Notes: generated by a model from the letters alone, not told the origin. 64,000 nucleotides of DNA from an uncultured Clostridia bacterium (GCA_947629505.1 CANRDW010000002.1:150-64149); one strand, 5' to 3'; shown: positions 23,534 through 33,700, numbered from the stretch's first letter. Numbers and translations: made by a program.

Positions 23534-23608
23534 CGGGGTGTAGCGCAGGGGTAGCGCGCATGGTTCGGGACCATGAGGCCATGAGTTCAAATCTCATCAC
23601 CCCGACCA
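23534..23608 (+). tRNA. tRNA-Pro (anticodon CGG), CCA encoded
   Basis: Acceptor CGGGGTG/CACCCCG, anticodon stem CATGG/CCATG with loop TTCGGGA, T arm ATGAG-TTCAAAT-CTCAT. Confidence 0.9.
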
Positions 23609-23620
23609 TAATGGGAGAGC

Positions 23621-24463
23621 ATGTTGAAAAAGTTGTCTTTCAGTGGAGAAGTGGAACGCAGTTTGTTTAAAAAGTTCAGAAAAACCATCTGGGCGAGATT
23701 TATTCTTGCGCTGAAAAGATATTCTCTTGTGGAGGACGGCGACAAAATTGCTGTTTGCATTTCTGGTGGAAAAGACAGCATGCTTTTGGCAAAACTTTTT
23801 CAAATGCTGCAAAAAGTGAGTGACACAAAGTTTGATGTGGTTTATTTAAGCATGGATCCCGGCTACAACGAAAAAAACAGACAAAAATTGGAAGAAAATG
23901 CCAAACTTTTGGAAATTCCTATTGAAATTTTTGAGAGTGACATCTTTGAAACTGTGGAAAATTTTTCGGGCAGTCCGTGTTATATGTGTGCAAGAATGCG
24001 CCGCGGCTGCCTTTACAACGCGGCAAAAGAGCGTGGCTGCAACAAAATTGCACTTGCACACCATTTTTCAGATGTGATTGAAACAACACTGATGGGAATG
24101 TTGTATGGGGCGCAAATTCAGGCGATGCCACCAAAACTTCGCTCCAAAAACTTTGAGGGCATGGAACTTATCAGGCCGCTTTACTGTGTCCATGAAAATG
24201 ACATAATTTCTTGGGCGAAATATCACAAACTTTCCTTTTTAAACTGTGCTTGCAAATTCACTGAAAAATGCGAGATTGATGAAAATGCTTCGGCGCGCAG
24301 AAAGGTGAAAAGGCTTATCAAAGAGTTGAAAAAGGACATTCCTGAGGTTGAGGACCACATCTTCAAAAGCATTCACAATGTTGAAGTTGACACGCTTGTT
24401 GGCTTTAAATATAAAGGCAAAACAATTGAGTTTAGCGATTTTTATAAAGAAAAAAAAGAGTGA
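23621..24463 (+). CDS. ttcA: PP-loop ATPase, TtcA-like tRNA 2-thiocytidine synthetase
   Basis: SGGKDS PP-loop, CxxC motifs (CYMCARMRRG and NCACKF), ALAHH block. Confidence 0.7.
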   Translation: MLKKLSFSGEVERSLFKKFRKTIWARFILALKRYSLVEDGDKIAVCISGGKDSMLLAKLFQMLQKVSDTKFDVVYLSMDPGYNEKNRQKLEENAKLLEIPIEIFESDIFETVENFSGSPCYMCARMRRGCLYNAAKERGCNKIALAHHFSDVIETTLMGMLYGAQIQAMPPKLRSKNFEGMELIRPLYCVHENDIISWAKYHKLSFLNCACKFTEKCEIDENASARRKVKRLIKELKKDIPEVEDHIFKSIHNVEVDTLVGFKYKGKTIEFSDFYKEKKE

Positions 24464-24481
24464 AATTTCACTCTTTTTTTT
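24451..24481. terminator. Bidirectional terminator between convergent genes
   Basis: A7, palindrome GAGTGAAATTTCACTC, T8. Confidence 0.7.
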
Positions 24482-24484
24482 GGA

Positions 24485-24658
24485 CTATTTATTTTTTTCT
24501 TTTTTCATGTCCATGACATAATAAGAGCCTTCGTGCTGTGTGGCAGGAAATCTTTGCCCTTTTTCAAGGTAGAGTTTTCCGCCGTCATTGCCATCGCGGT
24601 CATATGCTTTGTAGTTGCATGACATAGGCACTTGTTCACCAGGTCTGTATTTTTCCAT
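24485..24658 (-). CDS. YjzC-like small protein (57 aa), not in the ORF track frame
   Basis: RBS GGGAGGG then ATG at 24658. Translates MEKYRPGEQVPMSCNYKAYDRDGNDGGKLYLEKGQRFPATQHEGSYYVMDMKKEKNK, which fits the YjzC pattern. Confidence 0.65.
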   Translation of the reverse strand: MEKYRPGEQVPMSCNYKAYDRDGNDGGKLYLEKGQRFPATQHEGSYYVMDMKKEKNK

Positions 24659-24747
24659 TTTTCCCTCCCAAAATTATGATGTGCAAATTTGCTGAAAATA
24701 TTCAAAGTCGTTTGCAAAAAGGATTTGCTTCATGATATAATTTTCTC

Positions 24748-25104
24748 ATGAAAGAATTTGCAAAAACGGTCGAATTTATTGAGAAAAAGTCCAAATTTTT
24801 GGGTTATCTTTTGCCGTGTGAGAATGCGGAAGAGATAACGGAAGCGCTTTCACTTCTTAAAACACTTCATAAAAAAGCAACTCACATCTGCTATGCATAT
24901 TCGCTGAAAAGCCCGTTTGCAGAGAAGGCTGTTGATGACGGCGAGCCTAGTGGCACGGCGGGCAGGCCTATTTTGTCTGTCATTCAAAAGCAAAATAAAC
25001 AAAATGTGTGCATTTTTGTTGTGAGATATTTTGGCGGAGTGAAACTTGGCGCTGGCGGGCTTGTTCGGGCTTATTCAAAAGTTGCAAGTGAGGTTTTGAA
25101 ATGA
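24748..25104 (+). CDS. yigZ: YigZ/IMPACT-family N-terminal domain protein (118 aa)
   Basis: ATHICYAY, DDGEPSGTAGRPIL and VVRYFGGVKLGAGGLVRAYS. Confidence 0.8.
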   Translation: MKEFAKTVEFIEKKSKFLGYLLPCENAEEITEALSLLKTLHKKATHICYAYSLKSPFAEKAVDDGEPSGTAGRPILSVIQKQNKQNVCIFVVRYFGGVKLGAGGLVRAYSKVASEVLK

Positions 25105-25727
25105 CAATTACAAAGATTAAAAGAATTGGCTCAACAAACAGATATCATGTTTATGTTGACGACAAATGGGCGGGGATTTTTCTGGATGAAATTCTTGTCA
25201 GAGAAAACATTAAAACAAATGCCACTTTTGACGAGCATGATTTTCAAAAAATAAAGAAAGAAAACGATGAAAAGGTTGCTTTTGACATGGCGGCAACCTA
25301 TCTTGAAAAATATATTGTCAGCGAAAAGGGCGTGAAAGACTATTTGAAGAAAAAGGGTTTTGATGGAAAAGTGATTGCAAATGCGGTCGCCAAACTTCAT
25401 GATTATGGCTTTATTGACGATGAAAAATTTGCAAAAAGTTATATGGAAAGCCTTTCAAAATCAAAGGGTAGGCGTGCAATAGAGATGAAGTTGAAACAAA
25501 AGGGCGTTCGTCAAGAAATTATCGACAATCTTTTAGAAAATGTTGATGAGGACGAAGAAATTGAAAATGCAACACGCCTTGCAGAAAAATTCGTTAAAAA
25601 TCGCCAAAAAGATACAAATTTAAAGCAAAAATGCCTTGCACATCTTGTTTATAAGGGGTATGATTATAGTGTGGCTGTAAAGGTGGCAAACAGCGTTTGC
25701 AAAGGAGAAAACAATGATTGGAATTGA
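25101..25727 (+). CDS. recX: RecX regulatory protein
   Basis: Three-repeat helical pattern (YLEKYIVSEKGVKDYLKKKGF..., GFIDDEKFAKSYMES, KGRRAIEMKLKQKGV). ATGA overlap with yigZ. Confidence 0.7.
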   Translation: MTITKIKRIGSTNRYHVYVDDKWAGIFLDEILVRENIKTNATFDEHDFQKIKKENDEKVAFDMAATYLEKYIVSEKGVKDYLKKKGFDGKVIANAVAKLHDYGFIDDEKFAKSYMESLSKSKGRRAIEMKLKQKGVRQEIIDNLLENVDEDEEIENATRLAEKFVKNRQKDTNLKQKCLAHLVYKGYDYSVAVKVANSVCKGENNDWN

Positions 25728-26052
25728 TATACAACAAGTTAAAATCAAAGATGCAGCCAAACTTTTGGACAAAATTGCACTTGACTCTGAAAAAGACTAC
25801 ATACAAAAATTTAAGTGCGATTTTGAAATGCGAGTTGCCTCTCTTTGGGCGGTGAAAGAGGCAAGTTTCAAAGCCCTCGACGTGCAGCCAAACGCAATCT
25901 CATATTTGGACATTGAACTTTGTCATAAGGAAAGCGGAAAACCTTATCTCAAATTTCATGGCAAGGCAGCAAGGCTTGTGAAAGACAAAAAGGTTGACAT
26001 CTCGATTTCTCACCAAAAGGACATTGTTGTTGCAGTTGTGATTGTGCTGTGA
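25714..26052 (+). CDS. acpS: Holo-[acyl-carrier-protein] synthase
   Basis: MIGIDI, LWAVKEASFKAL, ESGKPYL and ISISHQKDIVVAVVIV. Confidence 0.85.
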   Translation: MIGIDIQQVKIKDAAKLLDKIALDSEKDYIQKFKCDFEMRVASLWAVKEASFKALDVQPNAISYLDIELCHKESGKPYLKFHGKAARLVKDKKVDISISHQKDIVVAVVIVL

Positions 26053-26121
26053 TACTGATGAATAAAATTTTAAATTCTTACGCAAAGTAGTTTTAAAATC
26101 TTGATAAACAGGGGATATTTC

Positions 26122-26367
26122 ATGGAAGAAAAGAATTTTCGCCAAATCTTGAAGAAAGTCCGAAAAATTGAAAGACAACAAAGTCTTGAAAGTTTTGTGC
26201 TTGCTTCAACAAATTTGTTGGGAGTTCATACACTGAAAATGAGAGAAGAATATTCTTCTTTCGCTCCACAAAGTGCAAAAGTTTATCAAGAACTTTCCGC
26301 TCTTGAATTTGCTGACCTTGTGGACTTAAAAAACAAGAATTGGGAAGTTTATGGAAATATCAATTAA
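26122..26367 (+). CDS. Putative MazE-position antitoxin (no family recognised)
   Basis: Sits immediately upstream of mazF and overlaps it by 17 nt. The sequence itself is not clearly RHH or AbrB. Confidence 0.4.
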   Translation: MEEKNFRQILKKVRKIERQQSLESFVLASTNLLGVHTLKMREEYSSFAPQSAKVYQELSALEFADLVDLKNKNWEVYGNIN

Positions 26368-26704
26368 AAGAGGAGATATATACTTTGCAGACCTTAGCCC
26401 CGTTGTTGGAAGCGAACAAGGGGGAACTCGGCCGGTGCTTGTCATTCAAAACGATGTGGGCAACAAATTTTCGCCGACAGTGATTGTTTCTGCCATAACA
26501 AGTCAACTTTCCAAAGCGAAACTGCCCACACACATTGAACTTTCATCTCAGCAGTATAATTTGCCAAAAAATTCAGTTGTTTTGTTGGAGCAAATCCGAA
26601 CGCTCGACAAACGCAGATTAAAAGAAAAAATCACCTGCATTGATGAAAGAAAAATGAAAGAAATAAACAGAGCACTTTTAATATCTCTTGGCTTCGTGCA
26701 ATAA
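26351..26704 (+). CDS. mazF: MazF/EndoA (PemK family) endoribonuclease toxin
   Basis: [48 protein letters not shown] is near-canonical EndoA. Confidence 0.92.
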   Translation: MEISIKRGDIYFADLSPVVGSEQGGTRPVLVIQNDVGNKFSPTVIVSAITSQLSKAKLPTHIELSSQQYNLPKNSVVLLEQIRTLDKRRLKEKITCIDERKMKEINRALLISLGFVQ

Positions 26705-26705
26705 A

Positions 26706-26731
26706 AACAGTCAAATTTTGGCTGTTTTTTG
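26706..26731 (+). terminator. Intrinsic terminator after mazF
   Basis: Stem AACAGTC/GGCTGTT then a T-run. Lies inside the track's 5' extension of the next ORF. Confidence 0.65.
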
Positions 26732-26774
26732 TTGTTTTTGTAATAAAAAACACACTTTTTCGCAAGATAGTTGT

Positions 26775-27494
26775 ATGTTAACAATCGTAATTCGCGCAAT
26801 TATCATCTATCTTGTGGTGCTGTTTTTGTATAGGCTTATGGGCAAAAGGCAGTTGGGACAAATGCAACCTTTTGAACTTGTTTTGACGCTTATTATTGCC
26901 GACCTTGCCACAATTCCAATGGCGGATGTTTCCATGCCTGTGCTGCACGGCATAATTCCACTTCTGACGCTTGTTGTTTTGCATTTCATTCTCACTTTCT
27001 TTTCAAAAATAAGTGGAAAATTTTCCGCATTTTTAAGCGGCAAGCCCGTGATTGTGATAAATCCGGAGGGCATTGATTACAAAGCCATCAAAAATCTTAA
27101 CATTTCCGTGGATGACATTTTTGAGGCGCTGCGTGGATGCGGCTATTTCAAAATTGAACAGGTGCAATATGCGATTATGGAAACAAACGGCAAAATGAGT
27201 GTGCTGCCAAAAAGCGAATTTGCTCCAACAACTGCGGGAGATTTGAAACTGAAAGTCGAGCCATCTACAATTCCAATCAACATTATAAACGAGGGCAAAA
27301 TTGTCAAAGAAAACTTGCAGGTTGCTGGGCTTGAAAAAAACGAAATTCAAAACATCTTAAAAAAAGCAAAAGTGAAAAATGTGAAAGAAGTTTTGCTTTT
27401 GACAGTTGATAAAGCGGGGGCTGTTTATCTTCAAAAATTTCACGACAAATACATGACAATGAACATCAAACCTCTGGGGCAGGTGGAAGAATGA
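26775..27494 (+). CDS. DUF421 (YetF/YdfS-like) membrane protein
   Basis: MLTIVIRAIIIYLVVLFLYRLMGKRQLGQMQPFELVLTLIIADLA is the typical DUF421 N-terminus. Confidence 0.85.
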   Translation: MLTIVIRAIIIYLVVLFLYRLMGKRQLGQMQPFELVLTLIIADLATIPMADVSMPVLHGIIPLLTLVVLHFILTFFSKISGKFSAFLSGKPVIVINPEGIDYKAIKNLNISVDDIFEALRGCGYFKIEQVQYAIMETNGKMSVLPKSEFAPTTAGDLKLKVEPSTIPINIINEGKIVKENLQVAGLEKNEIQNILKKAKVKNVKEVLLLTVDKAGAVYLQKFHDKYMTMNIKPLGQVEE

Positions 27495-27895
27495 CAAAAT
27501 ACACCATTTTTAAGATTGTGTCTGTTGCACTTATATTTGCCTTTTTGATAGGAATCTGTGTGGTTGAAGATAGGCTTGTGATAACCTCACTTGACCAAGT
27601 GAACAATTATTGCTATGAAATTGAAAATGTTGCATCAAAAAACAACGGCATTTTAAACGAAGAAGTGAGTTTGCTTGTGGACAATTTGGAAGATTCGTGG
27701 AAGAAAAATGAAAGCACACTCTGTTTTCTTGTAAATCACAAATCGATTGAGCCGCTTGGCGTGGAAATTGTCAAATTAAAAACCTATCTTGAAGCAAATG
27801 AGGATGTGGAATTTTTTGTTTCGCTTGAAACAATCAAAAATTATGTTGAAACTTTTCAGCATTTTATGGGCGCAAATTTTCACAACATCTTATAA
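27491..27895 (+). CDS. DUF4363-like small membrane-anchored protein
   Basis: ATGA overlap with the DUF421 gene, a common pairing. N-terminal TM. Confidence 0.6.
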   Translation: MTKYTIFKIVSVALIFAFLIGICVVEDRLVITSLDQVNNYCYEIENVASKNNGILNEEVSLLVDNLEDSWKKNESTLCFLVNHKSIEPLGVEIVKLKTYLEANEDVEFFVSLETIKNYVETFQHFMGANFHNIL

Positions 27896-27921
27896 AATGG
27901 CTTATAACGGGTGCTGGGCGG

Positions 27922-28025
27922 CGTTTACTGTAAAGCGCCGCAAGACAGTCATTTAGCCGCTTTACTCCTGCCTTGTGTCACTTTCCGAGCCTTGCCCAGC
28001 ACCCATTCTAAGCCGTTTTATTATT
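27922..28025. repeat. Unit 1 of a tandem ~104-nt structured repeat
   Basis: CGTTTACTGTAAAGCGCCGCAAGACAGTCATTTAG...CTCCTGCCTTGTGTCACTTTCCGAGCCTTGCCCAGCACCCATTCTAAGCCGTTTTATTATT. The closing stem GGGTGCTGGGC (27909-27919) / GCCCAGCACCC (27994-28004) encloses most of it. Confidence 0.8.
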
Positions 28026-28065
28026 TTTTTGAAATAGGGATTTTGATAAAAAAGATAGGGCTTCT

Positions 28066-28170
28066 CGTTTACTGTAAAGCGCCGCAAGACAGTCATTTAG
28101 ATGACTAAACTCCTGCCTTGTGTCACTTTCCGAGCCTTGCCCAGCGCCCATTCTAAGCCGTTTTATTATT
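28066..28170. repeat. Unit 2 of the tandem structured repeat
   Basis: Same sequence apart from a ~9-nt substituted block (ATGACTAAA versus CCGCTTTA) and one A/G change. 144-nt period. Confidence 0.8.
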
Positions 28171-28213
28171 TGTTTTGAATATTTTTTCTCAAAAAACAAA
28201 AAAGTTTGGTTAA

Positions 28214-29368
28214 TCACCAAACTTTTTCTTGTGTTCTGTTTCTTAAAATGATTATCAAAACTGAAACCAAGGCAATCAGCAAAAGAAGCCCAATTACGAT
28301 ATACACAATCCATATATAAGATGGCTTTGCAACTTTAACCGTGGACAGGTTTTCTTCTTGCACAAGCAAAATTTTTGAATTTGTTGTTGGATTTATCAAA
28401 TAACAATAAACAGACCAATATCCCTCAATTCCATTTGTTTGCAACAAAAATGTTTTGCCGTGATAGTTGTTGTAAACAGGGATTATCACTTTGTAAGGGG
28501 CATACAAATCCAGATTGTCATTTTTCATTTTTTCATCTCTGCAATATTGTGCATTCATCGTGTCTTTGCCGGTCACTTCCCATTCAAGATATGCTGGGTT
28601 GATGTAGTCAAAGGCGTCTGTGCTTGTGATGAGTGAAAAGTTGAATTCATTTAAAAGTTCGCTTCCTGGAATGATTGTTGTGGAAAGGGATACTTTGCTG
28701 TAAACAATGGAATTCACATCATCTGGCAAAATTGCAATGTAAATTGGATTTTTCATTTCCGTCCACTGCGCTTCAGAAAGGTGTTGCATTGTGTCTGGAT
28801 TGTAATATTTATATTTAAAATCAAATCTGTAAAGCCCAAAGTCATGCCCGCTGTGAGAGTTTGTTGAATCAACACCAGCGTCACTGTCTATATAATAGAA
28901 ATAACTGAAAGGCTCAAAACGATTTTGGAAAATCACATTGCTTGCAAGAGGCTCACTTTCTGGACCTTTGCCGCCACCGATAGGTGTTGTCAAATCTTCT
29001 GACTGAAAATAGGTGACTTCAAAGGCATATTCTGAAATTTCACAATCGGTTGGAACTCTCACTCCGGCAAAGTTGAAGGTCAATCTTTCAACATCTCGCC
29101 AAGCAAAGCAGTTGTAGCTGACGCTTTCACCGGCAGATGTTGTGACAGTCCTGACATCTTGTTGTGGAGCAGAGGAAGAGCTTCTTCTGGTGTTGATTGT
29201 CATTTGAATTGAAAAATAATCGTCTTGTGTGGTGATTGAAGTGAAATATGCGGCGTTTGCTGTTTTTGGCAAAGAAAGAAGATTCACGCCAAAGACAAAC
29301 GCAAAAATTGCCATTATGCACACAAGTGTTTTAAGTGCAATTTTCTTCATTCGAAAATATTTTAGCAT
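28214..29368 (-). CDS. Secreted protein with signal peptide and C-terminal TM anchor
   Basis: Signal KKIALKTLVCIMAIFAFVFGVNLLSLPKTANA. C-terminal IWIVYIVIGLLLLIALVSVLIIIL. The start could be 29368 or 29350, and neither has a good SD. Confidence 0.7.
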   Translation of the reverse strand: MLKYFRMKKIALKTLVCIMAIFAFVFGVNLLSLPKTANAAYFTSITTQDDYFSIQMTINTRRSSSSAPQQDVRTVTTSAGESVSYNCFAWRDVERLTFNFAGVRVPTDCEISEYAFEVTYFQSEDLTTPIGGGKGPESEPLASNVIFQNRFEPFSYFYYIDSDAGVDSTNSHSGHDFGLYRFDFKYKYYNPDTMQHLSEAQWTEMKNPIYIAILPDDVNSIVYSKVSLSTTIIPGSELLNEFNFSLITSTDAFDYINPAYLEWEVTGKDTMNAQYCRDEKMKNDNLDLYAPYKVIIPVYNNYHGKTFLLQTNGIEGYWSVYCYLINPTTNSKILLVQEENLSTVKVAKPSYIWIVYIVIGLLLLIALVSVLIIILRNRTQEKVW

Positions 29369-29450
29369 ATATTTTCTTTTTTTAAAAATAAATTAAACAA
29401 AAATATTTTGAAAATAAAACTTTTTGTTATATAATAGGAGTATGGAAACG

Positions 29451-30275
29451 ATGGAAGATATTGATGTTAAGGTTGAGGAAAATCAAATCAGTTTTGATTT
29501 TCTCTCTCCGATTGAGCCAGACAAATTGACTCAAACTGAAAATTATGAATGGACAAAGAATGAAACTTTGGTTGTGATTGTTCGTGCAAAGGGCGAATTT
29601 TCAGCCAATTTTGACATTTGCGGCAAAAGTATGGCTGAATGGGTTGCAATGGCAACTTCTGGCTGCACACAAAAGGTGATTGACCAGCCTGATGAAGACG
29701 ATTTTCTGCCTAAAATCAAAGAACTTGCGGGGGACTACAAATTTGTGGTTGTGGTTTACAGTGACACGCCACTTTTGAAAAAATCCACCTTTTTGGAAAT
29801 CATGGATTATTTTTCAAAGCACAGGATGAATGTGTTAAAACTTTTGCGTGGATATGTTTTTAAGGGCGAATATCTCAAAAACACACGCATGCTTTTATCT
29901 ACAACCATTGAAGAGTTTGACAAAGAAGATTTTTGCATTGTGGACAGTGCAGAAAAAATTTCTCACGCCTTCAATGTTTTGCGCAAGAGAATTTTGGACT
30001 ATCACAAACAAAACGGCGTTGTTTTGTTTGGCGAAAACACAATTTTTATCGATGCAGATGTTGAGATTGAAGAGGGCGTGATAATTTATCCAAACAATGT
30101 TTTAAGTGGCAAAACTTATATTGGCAAAGATGTCATTTTGCAAAGTGGCAATTATATTGTTGACACAGTTGTGTGTGATGAGGCGTTTGTGCAAGTAAGT
30201 TATCTTGACAAGTGCAAAGTTGAAAAAGGCAAGATTGTTGGCCCATTTTCAAAATTTATAGATAAGCAGGTGTGA
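29451..30275 (+). CDS. GlmU-like protein (degenerate nucleotidyltransferase fold plus a short left-handed beta-helix)
   Basis: Occupies the glmU position upstream of pth. Has hexapeptide-like repeats (IFIDADVEIEEGVIIYPNNVLSGKTYIGKDVILQSGNYIV). Lacks the LAAGKGTRM signature. ~275 aa versus ~455. Confidence 0.55.
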   Translation: MEDIDVKVEENQISFDFLSPIEPDKLTQTENYEWTKNETLVVIVRAKGEFSANFDICGKSMAEWVAMATSGCTQKVIDQPDEDDFLPKIKELAGDYKFVVVVYSDTPLLKKSTFLEIMDYFSKHRMNVLKLLRGYVFKGEYLKNTRMLLSTTIEEFDKEDFCIVDSAEKISHAFNVLRKRILDYHKQNGVVLFGENTIFIDADVEIEEGVIIYPNNVLSGKTYIGKDVILQSGNYIVDTVVCDEAFVQVSYLDKCKVEKGKIVGPFSKFIDKQV

Positions 30276-30276
30276 T

Positions 30277-30777
30277 ATGACAATTGTTGTTGGGCTTGGA
30301 AATCCAGATAAAAAATATGAAAAAACCTATCACAATGTTGGATTTTGCGTTGTTGACCTTGTTGCCGAAAAACTTGGCATAAAAATCAACAAAGCAAAGT
30401 TTAAAGCGCTTGTTGGCGAGGGCGTGAAAGACGGCGAAAAAGTTTTGCTTGTAAAACCGCAAACTTACATGAATTTAAGCGGCGAATGTGTTGTTTTATT
30501 GAAAGAAAAATACAAAGATGCGCGCATTTTGGTTGTCGTTGACGACATTGATTTGCCAAAAGGCAACATAAGATATCGTGAGCATGGCTCTGCGGGCACG
30601 CACAATGGGCTTAGAAGCATTGTTTCATATATAGGAGAGGATTTTGAACGCATAAAAGTTGGCATTGGGCGAGATATCTCTTTGGACCTTGCCGATTATG
30701 TGCTTTCAAAATTTGACGAAAAAGAATTTTTGCCGATCTTAGAAAAAGCGGCTGATGAGGTGACCAAAAGGATTTGA
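30277..30777 (+). CDS. pth: Peptidyl-tRNA hydrolase
   Basis: GLGNPDKKYEKTYHNVGF, KPQTYMNLSG, DDIDLPKG, GSAGTHNGLRSI. Confidence 0.92.
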   Translation: MTIVVGLGNPDKKYEKTYHNVGFCVVDLVAEKLGIKINKAKFKALVGEGVKDGEKVLLVKPQTYMNLSGECVVLLKEKYKDARILVVVDDIDLPKGNIRYREHGSAGTHNGLRSIVSYIGEDFERIKVGIGRDISLDLADYVLSKFDEKEFLPILEKAADEVTKRI

Positions 30778-33700
30778 ATACAAACTTTCTTGAAATTATA
30801 AAAAATGCACTCCCACAAAAAAAACATTTTGGCGGCTTTTTTATTGGCGAAAAGGTGCTTTTTTGTGCGTGTTTAGATAAACTAGTGTATGTCTGCGGTG
30901 ATTTTGTGACTGCAAGCAAACTTAAAAAGGGGCTTTCTGAGTGTGGCAAAAGGGTGCAAATAATTTCTTGTGGGCGCGAAAATGAAGATGAATTTGATGT
31001 CAATCTTTCGCCTTTTGCAAGCGCCATTTCAAACTTTTTGAAAGGGCAACTTGATGTCTTGATTTTTTTGCCGTCATCTCTTTCAACAAAGTTTGATTTA
31101 AACTTTTTAAAGCAAAGTTTTTCAGTTGAAGTGGGCAAAGAACTGCCTATTGAAACACTTTCACAAAATCTTCAAGAATATGGCTTTGAAAGGGTGGACT
31201 ATGTGACAGCGCCGGGACAATATGCTGTGCGGGGCGACATTGTTGACATCTTCATTGACGGCGACTATCCAACGCGTGTTGAGTTTTTTGATGATGAGAT
31301 TGAAAAGATATTAAATTTTGATTTTTCCACCATGAAAACCATGAAAATGTGTGAAAAAATTGAAATTTTGCCTATTTTTTTGAAAATTGGCAAGAATTCC
31401 GTGTTTGACATCTGTGAAAATTGTGTGATTGACGAGCCTGTCAAAGTTGAAAATGAGTGCAAAATTCTTGAAAAGGCGCGTGAACAACTTTCATGGACAA
31501 AAGACGATTTGTTTGTTGATTTTTCTAAAATTGACCTTAAAAAATTTATCACTTTTTCCAACACAAGCGAAAGCGAATTTGAAAATCAGACTATTGGCGC
31601 AAAAAGTTATCTCACGGACTTTATGTCCTTAAAAGCCGACCTTGCAATGTATAAAAAAAGTGGCAAAGATGTCTTTTTGTTTGCAGGAGAATTCTTTGAC
31701 ATTTTGCAAGAATTTTTGATGACAAACAACATTTCTTACAAGATTTTTGATGGCAAACTTTTAGACAAAACAAACATCTATCTTTGCAGAGATTATTTCC
31801 CTTATTCTTTCAGTTTTTTAAATTTGGACATCATTGGAATTGGCACTGACGATTTATACAAAAACAAAAAAATGCAGGTGACTTCTGCAAAGGCGTTTTC
31901 ATATCTTCCAAAAGTTGGGGATTTTGTTGTCCATGCTTTCTATGGGATTGGGCGCTGCAAAGAGATTGTGAGAATGAAACTTTCTCACTTTGAAAAAGAC
32001 TATTTTGTTTTGGAATACAAAAATGGCGCACTTTTATATCTTCCAACCGAGCAGGCAAATCTTCTTTCTGCATACATAGGCGCTCAAGATCCAAAATTGA
32101 ACGCACTTGGCTCAAATGAGTGGACAAGGCTGAAAGAAAAAGTCAAGGCAGATTTGAAAGAGATTGCCATTGAACTTGCCAAAATTTACAAACAGCGTGA
32201 AACTAAAAAGGGCTTTGTTTTCGAGCGTGATGAAGAACTTGAACGCCAATTTGCACAGGCGTTTGAATATGAACTCACGCCCGACCAAATCACGGCGATT
32301 GAGGACATCGACCGCGACATGCAAAGCAGCAAAATCATGGACAGGCTCATCTGCGGTGATGTGGGCTTTGGCAAAACAGAAGTGGCTTTTCATGCGATTT
32401 TTAAGGCGTGTTACAACTCAAAACAAGTGGCATTTTTGTGTCCAACAACCATTCTTTCGCAGCAACATTATCGCTCTTGTCTTGCACGCTTTAAGGATTT
32501 TGGGCTTAGAGTTGAAGTTTTAAATCGTTTTAAAACGCAAAAGCAGACGGAAGATATTTACAAGCGTCTTGCAGAGGGCAAGATTGATATTTTAGTTGGC
32601 ACACACAAAATCTTGAATGAAAAAATCAAATTCAAAGATTTGGGGCTTTTAGTTTTGGACGAAGAACAGCGTTTTGGCGTGAAAGACAAAGAAAAAATCA
32701 AAAAAATGAAGACGGACATAGATGTTTTGACTCTCTCCGCAACGCCAATTCCACGTACACTGCATATGTCGCTTTCTGGCATAAGGGACATAAGCGTAAT
32801 TGCAACTCCGCCACGTGACAGACTGCCAATTCAGACATATGTTTCCTCTTACAGTGACGAACTTTTAGAGGATGTCGTTTCTCGTGAACTTGCCCGTCGC
32901 GGCAAAGCACTTATTTTGTTTAATAGAGTTGCACAAATCTATCAATTTCGCTCGCATGTCGAAAGTCTGCTGCCAAAGGCAAAGATAGGCTTAGCACATG
33001 GGCAAATGGAAGAAAAAGAACTTGCAAGTGTGATTGACAGGCTTTACAACAACGAATACAACGTGTTTATTTCCACAACGCTCATCGAAAACGGCATTGA
33101 TTTGCCGTCACTCAACACACTTTTTGTGGTTGACTGTGATATGCTTGGCCTCAGTCAATTGTATCAAATTCGTGGCAGAATTGGGCGTGCGGACAAACTT
33201 GCATATGCATATCTGACATACAATGGCAACAAAATTCTCACCGAAGAGGCTTACAAACGCTTGGAGGCAATAAAAGAATTTAGAGAACTTGGAAGCGGCT
33301 TTAAAATTGCCATTCGTGACCTTGAAATTCGTGGGGCAGGCAACATCTTGGGGCGCGAGCAACACGGTCATATGCAAAAAGTGGGCTATGACATGTATGT
33401 TAGGCTTTTGGACGAAGTGACAAAAGAATTCAACGGACAAAAACTTGGGCAGGAAAAGGAGATTAAACTTGAACTCACGCTTGACGCGTTTATTAGTGAG
33501 GATTACATCTCTTCGCAAGACGAACGCATCATCTATTACAGCCGCATAAGCAGAATAAACTCCGTGGACGAACTCAAAGCAATCGAAACGCAACTTTCTG
33601 AAAGTTATGGGCAAGTGCCGCAGGAAGTTGAAAATCTTTGCAAGATTGCGCTTTTAAAAAATCTTGCCAGCGACTTTAATGTCAAGAGAATCACGATAAA

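Noticed and set aside
24505-24717. Track ORF 24505-24717 (-), 70 aa
   Set aside because: It has no RBS. A different minus-strand frame (24485-24658) has a GGGAGGG RBS and a YjzC-like sequence, so the track ORF is its out-of-frame shadow.
26688-26774. 5' extension of the DUF421 ORF to 26688
   Set aside because: The extension overlaps the mazF stop and contains the mazF terminator. The DUF421 family N-terminus begins at the ATG at 26775.
27911-28313. ORFs 27911-28108 (+) and 28008-28313 (-), and the possibility of a CRISPR array
   Set aside because: The ORFs are translations of the tandem 104-nt repeat. There are only two units, far longer than CRISPR repeats, the spacer is 40 nt of AT-rich filler, and there are no cas genes.
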